Shown: piece after piece, positions 15,001 through 26,301 of the stretch
Numbering within the stretch: position 1 is the first letter of the stretch
How the letters are laid out: each line of letters opens with the position of its first letter
Made by a program: the position numbers and the translations under genes
Notes under the pieces: generated by a model
Told to the model about the DNA's origin: nothing
The model's input: the letters and a program-made list of their open reading frames with translations, nothing else
Databases searched by the model: none
Assembly: GCA_051362555.1 (NCBI GenBank)
Contig: JBPQGU010000016.1
Span: 4,588,001 to 4,652,000 of the forward strand
Length of the DNA stretch: 64,000 nt
DNA from: Lingula anatina
Lineage: Eukaryota; Animalia; Brachiopoda
Direction of reading: 5' to 3'

Positions 15001-17097
15001 CAAAAAGTGACGAAAATCAATCTACCACACCTGTCATTCATAAAAAATGTGGAAACGCGCCCGGGTCACTTCATCAAGGCCCCCAATTCTAGCTTTAAAG
15101 ATGATCCAAAAATAAGCTCTGAGAACAGAATCTGAGAGGGGGGGGGGAGACAGAGTTTTTGCTCTATTTCTTCCTTAATGTTGACACCACCACTCTTCCA
15201 GCACTTTATTCTTACTACAAATGACCGAACACACCTACCTGACACTATAATGAAGAAAAAAAATTTTCATCCCTACCTGGCCAAAATTGAAGAAATCTCA
15301 CAGTGCTGGCACTGTTCAAAATCACTCAAAATCACCAAAAATCGACCCGTCTCCGATTTTTCCAAAAAGTGACGAAAATCAATCTACCACACCTGTCATT
15401 CATAAAAAATGTGGAAACGCGCCCGGGTCACTTCATCAAGGCCCCCAATTCTAGCTTTAAAGATGATCCAAAAATAAGCTCTGAGAACAGAATCTGAGAG
15501 GGGGGGGGGGAGACAGAGTTTTTGCTCTATTTCTTCCTTAATGTTGACACCACCACTCTTCCAGCACTTTATTCTTACTACAAATGACCGAACACACCTA
15601 CCTGACACTATAATGAAGAAAAAAAATTTTCATCCCTACCTGGCCAAAATTGAAGAAATCTCACAGTGCTGGCACTGTTCAAAATCACTCAAAATCACCA
15701 AAAATCGACCCGTCTCCGATTTTTCCAAAAAGTGACGAAAATCAATCTACCACACCTGTCATTCATAAAAAATGTGGAAACGCGCCCGGGTCACTTCATC
15801 AAGGCCCCCAATTCTAGCTTTAAAGATGATCCAAAAATAAGCTCTGAGAACAGAATCTGAGAGGGGGGGGGGGAGACAGAGTTTTTGCTCTATTTCTTCC
15901 TTAATGTTGACACCACCACTCTTCCAGCACTTTATTCTTACTACAAATGACCGAACACACCTACCTGACACTATAATGAAGAAAAAAAATTTTCATCCCT
16001 ACCTGGCCAAAATTGAAGAAATCTCACAGTGCTGGCACTGTTCAAAATCACTCAAAATCACCAAAAATCGACCCGTCTCCGATTTTTCCAAAAAGTGACG
16101 AAAATCAATCTACCACACCTGTCATTCATAAAAAATGTGGAAACGCGCCCGGGTCACTTCATCAAGGCCCCCAATTCTAGCTTTAAAGATGATCCAAAAA
16201 TAAGCTCTGAGAACAGAATCTGAGAGGGGGGGGGGAGACAGAGTTTTTGCTCTATTTCTTCCTTAATGTTGACACCACCACTCTTCCAGCACTTTATTCT
16301 TACTACAAATGACCGAACACACCTACCTGACACTATAATGAAGAAAAAAAATTTTCATCCCTACCTGGCCAAAATTGAAGAAATCTCACAGTGCTGGCAC
16401 TGTTCAAAATCACTCAAAATCACCAAAAATCGACCCGTCTCCGATTTTTCCAAAAAGTGACGAAAATCAATCTACCACACCTGTCATTCATAAAAAATGT
16501 GGAAACGCGCCCGGGTCACTTCATCAAGGCCCCCAATTCTAGCTTTAAAGATGATCCAAAAATAAGCTCTGAGAACAGAATCTGAGAGGGGGGGGGGGAG
16601 ACAGAGTTTTTGCTCTATTTCTTCCTTAATGTTGACACCACCACTCTTCCAGCACTTTATTCTTACTACAAATGACCGAACACACCTACCTGACACTATA
16701 ATGAAGAAAAAAAATTTTCATCCCTACCTGGCCAAAATTGAAGAAATCTCACAGTGCTGGCACTGTTCAAAATCACTCAAAATCACCAAAAATCGACCCG
16801 TCTCCGATTTTTCCAAAAAGTGACGAAAATCAATCTACCACACCTGTCATTCATAAAAAATGTGGAAACGCGCCCGGGTCACTTCATCAAGGCCCCCAAT
16901 TCTAGCTTTAAAGATGATCCAAAAATAAGCTCTGAGAACAGAATCTGAGAGGGGGGGGGGAGACAGAGTTTTTGCTCTATTTCTTCCTTAATGTTGACAC
17001 CACCACTCTTCCAGCACTTTATTCTTACTACAAATGACCGAACACACCTACCTGACACTATAATGAAGAAAAAAAATTTTCATCCCTACCTGGCCAA
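1..17097. repeat. Tandem satellite DNA array, ~363-bp monomer (~47 copies), left array
   Basis: Monomer AGAGTTTTTGCTCTATTTC...CAGTGCCGGCACTG...AGAATCTGAGA(G)nAGAC recurs head-to-tail, mostly every 358-367 bp; it ends abruptly after ...CCTACCTGGCCAA at 17097. Confidence 0.99.
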
Positions 17098-18464
17098 TTA
17101 CGGACTGTTATAGACGAATGAAGTTCTGCGTGAAAAATTAGTGATTGTTTTCAGTTTTTTTCCTGACAATTTTTTGTGTGTTGCTAGTGGTTAATTTGGT
17201 GTCAAGTACCAGGTTGGGGCCTAAATTGCTTCTTATTTTTGGGCGAGACCTGGCTCAGTGCTGTACAGTTTCGAACATCTGGCGGAGGGAGCTTACGACT
17301 GTGAGCAGTGCAGTGGTTTGTTTACAAACAAGAGAATGCACATGTTCAATTACAGTACTGCCGGTATGAAAAGCAACTTTTTGACACTTAGGTTTTGTGG
17401 CATTGGGAGTTACGTCAGTGAGTCTGCTGTCTATGAGAATAGGAAATGTTTCACCAAAATATTCTGTTCATGCAGTTTTGCAGGAATTTTTTAGTGCGGC
17501 CGTCAATATCTCCGGAGCTACAAAGCTGAATGACTTCTCACTGAATGCAGCTCGATAGAATTAGTCCCAAAAACATCTTTCATAAAATTTATAATTCTAC
17601 AGAAATAGGGAGATTTTTTGCTCTGTTTAATAATTACATGAAAACTTATGTGGCGAAGGGAGTCACCGGGGTGTTTTGTCATGGGAATTAAAAAAATTAT
17701 GCATTTATGCTCCTCTCTGTACAAACCTATGTACTTTTTGGAGTAGAATTGCAGTAGGCTATTCTGCAAATATGCTCCCGCCGCTTTGCTACTTCGATAC
17801 TACTGCATTTTCGTGCGGGTAACTAAAAAGAAATATGTAATTATTAAAGGTGGGGGTGCAAATGTGTGTGCCTAGATACACAGCAGCTAAGAAATTCCTT
17901 AACCCGGGACATCTGTTATCACCTTGCCTTGGTCAACTACTAGAGGTAAAAATGTGCAGACGCAAGACCCAAACTACCATCCTACTACCTACTACTAACT
18001 AACCAGACTAATTTCCTATAAACTAAGCGTTGATGTATTACCAAAAAGTTAATACCACCACTAAAACAAACCATTTGCTACATAAATACAATTAATTATC
18101 TTAATTGAAGTTTGGTGGTTTCCGTTGTTATCATGATGTGTCAAACAATCAGTTTGAAAAAGAAACTGATTGTTGAAGAAATTTGCCCGTAGCTCCTTAT
18201 TATTAGGCCTCACATTTTAGAATAAATTACATTTATGTACTAATATTAGGATTTAAAACAAACTCTAAGTGCAAGAATCACACTGCGACACACCAGTTTG
18301 GAACTCTTTCTTTACCAGAACAGTCTCCGAGTGGAATGAACGAAGTGACCAACAAGTTACTGCTGAAACTGTGGAAGGCTTTAGATGAAAGATGTTTCCC
18401 ATGCGCTCCCTCTTCCCGTCTATCATATACCAGCAGTTTTTTTTAAGATACAGATAGGTACCAT

Positions 18465-18540
18465 GTGGCGGATCCAGGGGCGGATCCAGGAATATTTTAA
18501 GGGGGCGGGCCGACCCCGCCCCCCCCCCTCCCTGTACAGA
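18465..18540 (+). mobile_element. Left end of a GGCGGATCCAGG-type MITE (terminal motif duplicated); right end not found
   Basis: GTGGCGGATCCAGGGGCGGATCCAGGAA followed by G/C tracts, the same terminal motif as the copies at 38374 and 42057. Confidence 0.5.
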
Positions 18541-18840
18541 CAGCTTGTTCAAAATATACTATAAGAGAATGTTTACAACTGCTGATTCCCTGTGTTTACA
18601 GATCACGAAATTAATATGCGCCAGCAGGGCCATATCACCGTCGTTATTCGGATATTGATTTGTTCTTGATTTGTTTGAGCTTCTTTGTTCAGGCGAGGGT
18701 GAGGACCACTGCTAAGTCCATTCCTGATCCCAAATTAAGCGATATTGAAAACTCTGTTTCTGAGTGAGTGTCTTTTAAATGTGCTTAAATATCTCCAATA
18801 GATCTTATCAAACATATTTATATACAGGTACATGTATATA

Positions 18841-20507
18841 CAGCATTGGTCAAAAAGGTTGTCCCACCCCCATTTCCATGTACTTTTATTTACAAATGAT
18901 ACGCCTCACAGCTGTGAACTGTTTGAAATAGTTCTTTTTATCACGGATACCGTGTCTAACATGATTAATGGTTAAAAAAATAAAAAATAGTGGTGAAAAT
19001 ATACATATTTTATACCATTTAGTAAAATTTATAAGAGGTACCCCCTCAAATCGACTGTTTCACTGTTACTTCTACAGATGTAAAGAAATGTCTATAAAAT
19101 TGAAAAGGTTCCATCAAATGTCACCAAATTCACACACAATTAGCATTAGGGTGTGCTCGTTAAAGATCACGTGCCTAACAGCGTGTGCGTCTACCGCGTA
19201 CTGCAATTATCTCCTGTAGACGGCGCGACAAGCCTTCAACATGGGTAACAATTCTGTTATGTGGGATATTGTCCCATTCATCCTAAAGAGCGTGGCGGAA
19301 TTGGTCAAGATTATTTAGGAATTGGTTCTCCTCTGCAATGCACATTCCAATTTATGCCACAGGTGCTCAGTAGGATTAATATCAGGACTCAAAGACGGTT
19401 GTCCCATCCTCAGAGCCCTGTGTTTCTGCAACAAATCGTTTGCCAGACGAGAGCTGTGAGCAAGTGCGTCGTCACAATGAAGCCAGTAGTATCCCTGAAG
19501 TCACCTCTTGCAAATGGAATGAGATTTCTGTTGAGAATGTTACATCAAAATGCCCCTGTTACGTTTTGTTCCAAAAGGAACAATGTACTAATACCATGGG
19601 CTTGGAATGTTCTCCAAATGCGGATTGATCTAACTCCTCAGGCGATATTATCCTGCACGCACCCTTCCAAGAGGCATTTTTTAACATGTCTATGGACCCT
19701 CTTTGACCATCGATGGGATACAAGAAATAATTTGATTCTGCATCAAAATCAACTTCCTTCCAGTGATGGATGGCCAGGTTCAGGTGCCTGTGGGATCACT
19801 GAACGTAGCATTCTCAGCTGATATCTCATTCCATCTTCAAGAACTGACTTTGGGGTTAACTTCAGGCTTTATCATGACTGCACACTTGCTCACACCTCTC
19901 GCCTGGCAACTGTTTGTTGAAGAAACATAATGGTCTAAGGATGGAACCACCATCTTTGAGCCCTGATATCAAACTTACTAATCAACTGTGACATGTATTG
20001 GAGTGTGCAATGCAAAGGAGAACCAACCCCATAAAAACGTGGACCAACTCCCCCAACTTGTTTGAGAAGAAGAATACAATATCCCACAAAACAGAATTGT
20101 AACCCGAGTTGAAGGCTTGTCGCGCCGTCTACAGGAAATAATTGCAGTACGCGGTAGACGCACACGCTGTTAGGCACGTGATCTTTAATGAGCACACCCT
20201 AATGCTAATTGTGTGTGAATTTGGTGACATTTGATGGCGTCTTTTTAATTTTATAGTCATTTCTTTACATCTTTAGAAGTCACAGTGAAACAGTCGATTT
20301 GAGGGGGTACCTCTTATAAATTTTACTAAATGGTATAAAATATGTATATTTTCACCACTATTTTGTATTTTTTTAAACCATTAATCATGTTAGACACGGT
20401 ATACGTAATAAAAAACACTATTTCTAACAATTAACAGCTGTTAGGTGATCATTTGTAAATAAAAGTACATGGAAATGGGGGTGGGACAACCTTTTTGACC
20501 AATGCTG
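18841..20507. mobile_element. Non-autonomous Tc1/mariner fold-back element with long inverted arms and TA TSD
   Basis: TA|CAGCATTGGTCAAAAAGGTTGTCCCACCCCC ... GGGGGTGGGACAACCTTTTTGACCAATGCTG|TA. The outer ~400 bp are near-identical inverted repeats. Degenerate Tc1 motifs occur on both arms: PSLSPDINPTEHLWHKLE (minus, ~19340-19400) and PSLSPDIKLTNQL*HVLE (plus, ~19950-20005). Confidence 0.92.
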
Positions 20508-20979
20508 TATAAGGGTTGCTTTGCATTCTTTGCATTTGAAAAAGGGCACATACTTTAATAACATTATTACAATAATCTATTTTAATTTTGATAAAAAAAC
20601 TTAATCAAAAACTTTATTGCAAATGTGTTATTTAAACTTTATGGATTAAATGGATTAATCTAAAATTTTAACTAAATGCGTGTTTTGTTTCTATATCAAG
20701 TGTACCCATGTCCACAAGTAGAAGCGGTGGATGGAAGCAGTGGTTCTGATGTTCTGGTTGTGACCAGTAGGCCTAAACCACAGCAGGGACTTAATTGCTA
20801 TAAAGCAGACCGACATACATCTCTAAACAGATGGAACTTATATTGTCTTTCATTAAATAACATAGAGCTTTACATTTAAAGGCAAGACACACTTTGAGAA
20901 GGAGTAAGATGAAAATAACATGGGTTGGCATCCTAAAATATAATTTGAGTATGATTTATTACCCTCTATTCCTTTGGAA

Positions 20980-20983
<4 letters not shown>

Positions 20984-21058
<75 letters not shown>
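20984..21058. repeat. (TA)n microsatellite, ~37 units
   Basis: Uninterrupted TA run. Confidence 0.99.
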
Positions 21059-21060
<2 letters not shown>

Positions 21061-21270
21061 ACAAAAGGAACATGAACAATTTTATTTCTTAGAGGGGGGG
21101 GGGTACCTATTCAGCTGATAGCAGTGAAAATCCATGCCAAGTCTGGTCGATCAATGTAGACCTGTGGTGTCTATAGGAATGTGCCCTAAATCCCACCAAG
21201 TGTTGTTTTAGGAATTATCGCACCACATACTTATGATGTCCGTGTTTCGATATATCCCATTTATTCATAG

Positions 21271-21950
21271 TTGATGGCAGAATGGACAGCCCAGGACATA
21301 GTGCACAATATTGCGCGAGCAGGGGATGTGTTGGAAGCAGAAGTTGTAAGGAAGAAAGAAACCAAGCTGAGTAGCTCTGTAATGGAGAAGGAAGGGTTTG
21401 TCAGGGCTATGGATTTCCTGAAAAAAAAAAGGAATCAGTGCAACAGAAGTGGTCAAAGATGCCCTTGTTGCACACTTAAGTACAAAGTGCTGTTTAGGTC
21501 TTACTTTAATAATTAGAAAGCAAATTTAGTATGTGAAATGTATCTACATGTATGTGATTATTTACTTGCAATTCTTGCTATTTTTTTGTTATATCTCTCT
21601 ATATATTTAGCTAAATTTTTCTTATTTCAGAAAAAAAAATGAATCGGGATAAAACATTCGTGGGACATTTGGCATGGGGCAAAAATCTTGGAAAGAAGAT
21701 AATCACTGTGAGTAGATATGCATGAGAACAACACAAACTATTGCACCATTTTCCATATCTTCAGGTAGAAAAAATAAATGAGTTTTTTCCATCATGGACA
21801 TTTTCCTTTTTAATAGAGTTATGCATTAAGAATTAAATAGCTGTCTTGCAATTTTATATTTTAGGCTGAACAGACAAGGAGGACAAGAGATCTGGTTGCA
21901 TGGACCAAAGGCATATTACACTCTCACTTTTGGGAATGTGAGCAAGACCA
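21271..21950 (+). pseudogene. Degenerate, intron-containing DDD/E transposase fragment, Kolobok-like
   Basis: Three exon-like blocks follow AG acceptors. 21271: DGRMDSPGHSAQYC, frameshift, GDVLEAEVVRKKETKLSSSVMEKEGFVRAMDFL. 21631-21707: GIKHSWDIWHGAK, then GTGAGT donor. 21865: DLVAWTKGILHSHFWEC. The motif order DGRxDSPG / MExEG / HxxDxWH / W...HFW matches my recollection of Kolobok-type transposases; family assignment is unverified. Confidence 0.65.
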
Positions 21951-22894
21951 CAGATAATATTTGTTGAGATAATTCTGCAGTTTAGTGTTGTGTTTATTTA
22001 TTTATTCACCATTTAGATATTGCTCCGGCATCTCAAACTTTTTTAAATCAACGGAAAGAATTCTTTTTTTTTTTTTGGTACTTTCGTTTGGCCTTTCTTC
22101 AGCACCGTTTATTTTTAGTAAAATACTTAGACGTTTAGTTGGGTATTGGAGAAAAATGGAATCCCCATTGTTGTTTATTTAGATGACGGTATTGTGTCTG
22201 AAAATTCTCTAGAAAAATATATTACATTTAAAACTACATTCTAAAAAAATTAAAATGGATCTGTTTAAAGCAGATTTTGTTTTAAACATTGAAAAAAGTA
22301 AATTAGAACCAGTCAACAAATTGGAATGGTTGGGGATTATTTGGGACATGGAAGTAAGGGGATTGTTTATTCCCGAAAGAAGGCTTTCTACATGTACTAG
22401 TAATACTCTGTGTCTTTTAGACGAATTGGTTTCAGATTTACCGTATATAACAGCTATAAAATTGGCGAGGGTTACAGGTAAAATTATTTCTGTTTTATTA
22501 TTATGTCTCCATTGATTGGAAATGTATCTAGATAAATAACTAGAGGAAGTATTGGGATTTTAATATTAATATTAAAGACGAATGTCTTGCATTAAAGAAT
22601 TAATTTTTGGAAAGACAATTTAGTTTTCTTTTTTTTTTTTTAAATGAGAAAAGTCTACGTGTACAAAGCTTGCCTAGTAAGTTAAAAACGGTCTATTCAG
22701 ATGCCAGAAAACCCGGTTTGGGACCATTTGTTTTAAATACGAATAAGTTTTTCATATTTAAAGGGATTTAAAGTAGATGAATAATTGGTCATCTGTTTAT
22801 AGAATTTAAAACTCACTTTCTTCGAAGGAGAGATAAACAGACGATCACTGGATCATTGATATAATGGAGATGGCTTTGTTTATGTATTTCTTAG

Positions 22895-23035
22895 ACCGAT
22901 TTTGATGAATTTTTCAGGAACTGTACGAAGTGGGCCAAGGAAGAGATGATTATTTTTTGGTGGTGATCCGGATCAATAATCAATCAAAAATCAATAATAA
23001 TAAAAAATCGCTGCCTTGGCGGAGGTCTGCGCTCT
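22895..23035 (+). mobile_element. 3' fragment of a non-autonomous Helentron/HINE-like repeat inside the DIRS relic
   Basis: ACCGATTTTGATGAA...TTTTGGTGGTGATCCGGATCA...TGCCTTGGCGGAGGTCTGCGCTCT; this end motif is recognised from memory as that of a widespread aquatic-animal repeat; classification is unverified. Confidence 0.5.
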
Positions 23036-23822
23036 AGTTATCAATGGGTTATCGATACAACATGCTGTAATGGAGTTCTGCAACATTGAAGGAAGGAATG
23101 GAAAAAATGGCCATTAGGATCACAATCATTGATCAATGACAGTTAACATGGACATGATTATTGTCCAGGATGAACAGAGATTATGGGAACGATTGCTAGA
23201 GTTTTGTTTTCAAAAATTTTCTTTTTTTCCTTTTTCATGTTTTCTTGATAATGCTATCCTCCAAGACGTGGAGGTTACAAGCAATAAAAGTTTGAAGGCT
23301 TTAGCAGATTCATTACCAGATGTCATTTTGAAGTCAAGAGCAGACAACACAGTGAGATAATATTCTTTCGGCTTCCAAAAATGGCTTGAACGGTGTAATA
23401 CGATCGGTGTGACCTCTTTCTTTACAGCGAAAGACTCGATTGTTGCTTTTTATCTTCAAAATTTGTCACAAACTTGTAATTATTCTGATGGGTTTAGACA
23501 TCTTTTTACACTTTAAAATGGTTTCATGGTACAGCCAACTGTAAGAAAAATCCGAAATTGCGAGTCAAAATTCGTTATTGCAGTGAAGGAAGCATCTCAG
23601 AGACGGAAAGATCATAGAGTAACAAAAAAGGAACCTGTAACTGCTAAGCACATTTCTCAATTGGTTACTAATTTTATGAGTTCTGAAGTCACTTTGAAGG
23701 ATCTCCGAGTACTTTCCGTTTGTTTGATTTCATATGCTGGATTCTAATGCAGGGACTAAAGACAGACTGTTTAAGAAACACGGTAGATGGCGATCTGAAA
23801 ACACAAAAGACGGTTATGTTAA

Positions 23823-24856
23823 CCCTCAAGTGACCGAGTGGGGTCATTTACGACCCCAGCCATATGATTTAATGTGCCATCTCTTTATTTTTTATTCGAA
23901 TTTTCTTTCCTTGCATGAGTTTGTCAGTCTACTAATCCTACACACTTTCACAGTTTTTTGTAGGGATCAATCAATTAGTATGGTGTATACATCACAAACT
24001 CTTGTGGGGTCATTTATGACCCCAAAGAGAAGCATTGGCTTTTAAATATTAGTCTTTAAATTTTATTCAAATGTTTTGCCCAAGCAACACTGACAGGGAA
24101 ATGTCACATGCATGTGCTTCATGCAACCAGCCAGTGTGCCCAAAACATAGGCACAAATAAGTGGTTTGTGAAGATTGTGCTTGAAGTGTTACTAACAGTG
24201 CATCGCTGAATCTAATTTCAGTAGCTTTGTTGGAACGTGTTCTCATAATTGGGTCTCTCATTTTGACGGTTACAATTTTCGGGTATTTTGGAAATATAAA
24301 GAATTCTGTCAACATCATATTATACATATATTAACAAATTGTTTGTGTGGATTTTGTTTTATACAAAGATGTGGTAGTAACATACATGTAGGTTGATTGA
24401 ATGTGTTCTGAGTAGTATGACTTCCTTACCAGCATTAGGGTATTCCCTACTCAGTAAGTCAGCTAATTATTCTTATTGCAGTTAGTAGGATGCTATCTCA
24501 ACATAAGTCAAAATATTTTTACTCAAAGTAATTTTGTAATGTACTTTTTTCATTTAGTGTGGCAAATAAAAAGAGAAATATTTCTGCAAGTAGAAACTGA
24601 CAAGGACTGTCTAAATACCGGTGTAATGTTGTTCTTAAAATCTGTGCTTGGTTATTCCATGCAATAAAAGTATTATTACCGAATACTTATTACATTAGAT
24701 CATTATAAAATACTTGTCTTAAATCCTGGGAGTAGTATAGGTGTGATAAACCATCAACAGCCTTTTATAATAAGGATCCCTGTATAGAGCATAATGGGGT
24801 CACAGATGACCCCACTTGGTCATTTCAGTCGGTAAAATAGCTTGGTCTCTTGAGGG
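23823..24856. mobile_element. Non-autonomous piggyBac-like element (1034 bp) with TTAA TSD
   Basis: TTAA|CCCTCAAGTGACC ... GGTCTCTTGAGGG|TTAA. Subterminal palindromes GGGGTC-N6-GACCCC at ~23840, ~24007 and ~24796. Removing it restores the YR reading GYVKDTVEERL. Confidence 0.92.
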
Positions 24857-26270
24857 TTAAGGATACTGTCGAAGAAAGATTATTAGTTTTTTAAAAATTT
24901 GGGAATTTAATTTTTTTTACTTGTCTTCCTCTTTTTTTTGCTATTTCAAATGTTTTACTTCAGTTTGGCTTCTGTGGCAAGTACTACAAGTTTTAATTGT
25001 TGCTTTTTATTTATTTGAATCAAGAGTGAAGAGATTGCAAATTATTTATGAAATTGAATAGATAAATAAGAACATAATATTAATTTGTTTCACATTGCGC
25101 TCCTTCACACACACCCCCTCCCTTCTCTTGGGTACTTTTCCTTCTCTCTGTAATGTTTACGATCTTTTGTGAATACGACCAGTGTTAAAAAAGGTAAATT
25201 TATTAGTATCTCTAAAATCTTAAATTGATAACTTCAATAACTTCCCTTAATCATGGTTATTTTTATTTAACTTTGACCACGGACCCGCAGAATCTTCGAG
25301 CGGGCCAGTTTATGTCTATTACTTACAATCGACAGCCAGGGGGGCGTACAATACAATATATTTCATCCTACGCAAAGCTACTCCCCGAATGTATGAGCAT
25401 CATCATTTACTTGTTATACCTATCTTCATTGCTATTTTTAGTTTTTGATTTAATATAAACTAGTTGTCCTAGAAAAATATTATGTATGGTGACAAATAGG
25501 TCTACGCGGGTAATAGCCTTGTCACAATAGTAAAATAATATTCCATAATTTCGCCGTTCTTTGAGACCAATTTCCACAGCAACTCCTCAAATGTGCCATG
25601 CACTGTACCAGTTGTAATTTGCATAAGAAAAAGTCGCGCATCGCAGTGCAAGCTATGCTCCTGGTTGGTCACTGGATAGCTAGACCCTGTAAGAAGACGA
25701 CCTGCATTCATTGGTGGTTGGAAGGGTATCACGTGATACGTCAAAAGATGCGCACGCACGTCAGTCATTTGACGTTTTGCCGTCGAAGAGTAAACATCGA
25801 AAGTGAGCTCCCGGCGACGTCTTCCTGCGTCTTCGTCCAGTAAAGCATTGGCGCAACTGTGTGCGATGCATTGTTTATTGGGGCATTTGCGTAACGTTAC
25901 GCCGACTTTGTTTCATTATGTATAAATGTATATAAATATAAATATGGATGCTACAAACTAATAATGAAACACTTGAAAAAATGTGCAATTTATGATCAAC
26001 AAACCGACGAGTAGAGTTGTAAAATGTCACCGTGGCATAGGTATCACATCTCTGTCAGTGTGTAGGCCTACTATCCTATATACCTGTAGTGACTGTAGCT
26101 TGGGCAGAGTAAAATTTGCTGGCAATGTTGATTTGTTATTGACTTTAATTTTTCTGTGTATAATTGATAATTTCTTGTTTGAATAAGAATAATAATTAAC
26201 TCTAGAAATTAAAATAGTAAATTATGACAAGTTGATAATTCAGATAACTATAAGAAAGGGCATGTGACAA

Positions 26271-26301
<31 letters not shown>

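Larger units (their letters stand above)
22050..24910 (+). mobile_element. Decayed, 5'-truncated DIRS-order (tyrosine recombinase) retrotransposon: RT, RNase H and YR remnants
   Basis: RT: VLSFGLSSAPFIFSKILR, IVVYLDDG, NIEKSKLEP..WLG. RNase H: VYSDAS (~22690). YR: LKSRADNTVR, KKEPVT..DLRVLSVCLISYAGF, DRLFKKHGRWRSENTKDGYV, continuing as KDTVEERLLV after the insertion ending at 24860. Many stops, frameshifts and deletions. Confidence 0.88.

Noticed and set aside
1-17097. 5S rRNA, tRNA, snRNA or spliced-leader tandem gene array
   Set aside because: I could not recognise Pol III A/B/C boxes, a cloverleaf, an Sm site in context or 5S similarity; an Infernal/Rfam scan would be the definitive test.
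19261-19821. 186-aa plus-strand ORF as a gene
   Set aside because: It is the antisense frame of the degenerate Tc1 transposase in the left arm.
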